Shown piece after piece: positions 34,323 to 34,563 of a stretch of DNA of 34,563 bases (positions are counted from its first letter, which is position 1; each line of letters starts with the position of its first letter). Source of the DNA: Halobacteriota archaeon. GTDB taxonomy: Archaea; Halobacteriota; Bog-38; Methanoflorentales; Methanoflorentaceae. The notes beneath the pieces were generated by a model. It worked only from the letters and a program-made list of their open reading frames with translations, had not been told where the DNA came from and made no database searches. The DNA lies in assembly GCA_049578125.1 (NCBI GenBank), contig JBAULJ010000252.1:1-34563 (forward strand), written 5' to 3'. Made by a program: the position numbers and the translations under genes.

Positions 34323-34563
34323 TATCTGACCATGCTGTTCCTAAAACAGCCATTACCCTTCATCGCACTCCCCGTATAAGAAGATGCTGTATTGCCCTGG
34401 GAGCGCCACTCGCTTGGTCGCAGCGCTCTTGGCTCATCAAACCAGCTCTGTCGCAGGGGCACGTTTCGACTGCCGACGCACCTAGGACGACTGACGCCTG
34501 AGCCGCAGAAAGGAACGTGTTTCTACCGACCGCGGCAAAAATGCGCGCTTTTCAATCACCGAA

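Noticed and set aside
34482-34562. A short open frame on the minus strand running into the right edge of the window (possible 3' end of a gene upstream of gmd).
   Set aside because: Only 26 codons are visible and they carry no recognisable motif, so there is too little to support a feature.
1-34563. I looked for CRISPR arrays, long direct or terminal inverted repeats, integrase or transposase genes and tRNA-fragment att duplicates around tRNA-Glu.
   Set aside because: None was seen by eye, so there is no evidence that the tRNA-Glu locus is an integration site. A short 11-mer (TAGGCCCAGAG) shared between the 7111-7554 and 10968-11372 gaps is at chance expectation for a window of this size.

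Overview
This looks like an archaeal chromosomal segment. TATA-like boxes sit about 25-30 nt upstream of several start codons. It also carries an archaeal-type AspRS, a PGF-CTERM sorting signal, a DUF2206-like membrane protein and a tRNA without encoded CCA. The lineage cannot be fixed from the sequence alone; it is Euryarchaeota/Thermoplasmatota-like by gene content. Most of the window is core metabolism and information processing. These genes include an E1-like ThiF/MoeB/UbaA enzyme, hisI, a flavin reductase, hisS, larB, and an smc-scpA-scpB operon. They also include aspS overlapping hisD, two radical SAM enzymes, hsp20, a TatD-family hydrolase, a ferredoxin, tRNA-Glu(CUC), a carboxymuconolactone-decarboxylase-family protein, a nitrilase-family hydrolase, argB, and a TIGR00300/LOR-SDH-like protein. 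A surface-glycan block (GDP-mannose 4,6-dehydratase plus a large polytopic membrane protein) closes the window. Twelve consecutive genes from tatD (24295) to scpB (12205) run on the minus strand with very short or overlapping junctions. I saw no CRISPR array, rRNA, transposase or integrase. I could not recognise a clearly defined novel system. The best candidates for follow-up are: (1) the hsp20 / beta-sandwich protein / radical-SAM(SPASM-like) / bridging micro-ORF / AmmeMemoRadiSam-type radical SAM cluster (20120-23466); (2) a 122-aa coiled-coil ORF abutting smc in the same frame, separated by a single TGA; (3) a frameshifted secreted beta-propeller gene ending in PGF-CTERM; (4) two diverged 142-aa YqaA/DedA paralogs bracketing tRNA-Glu; (5) two hairpin-rich non-coding gaps (2200-2620 and 7111-7554); (6) an orphan acidic protein next to the E1-like gene. 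All functional calls come from motif recognition by eye, and no database search was run.
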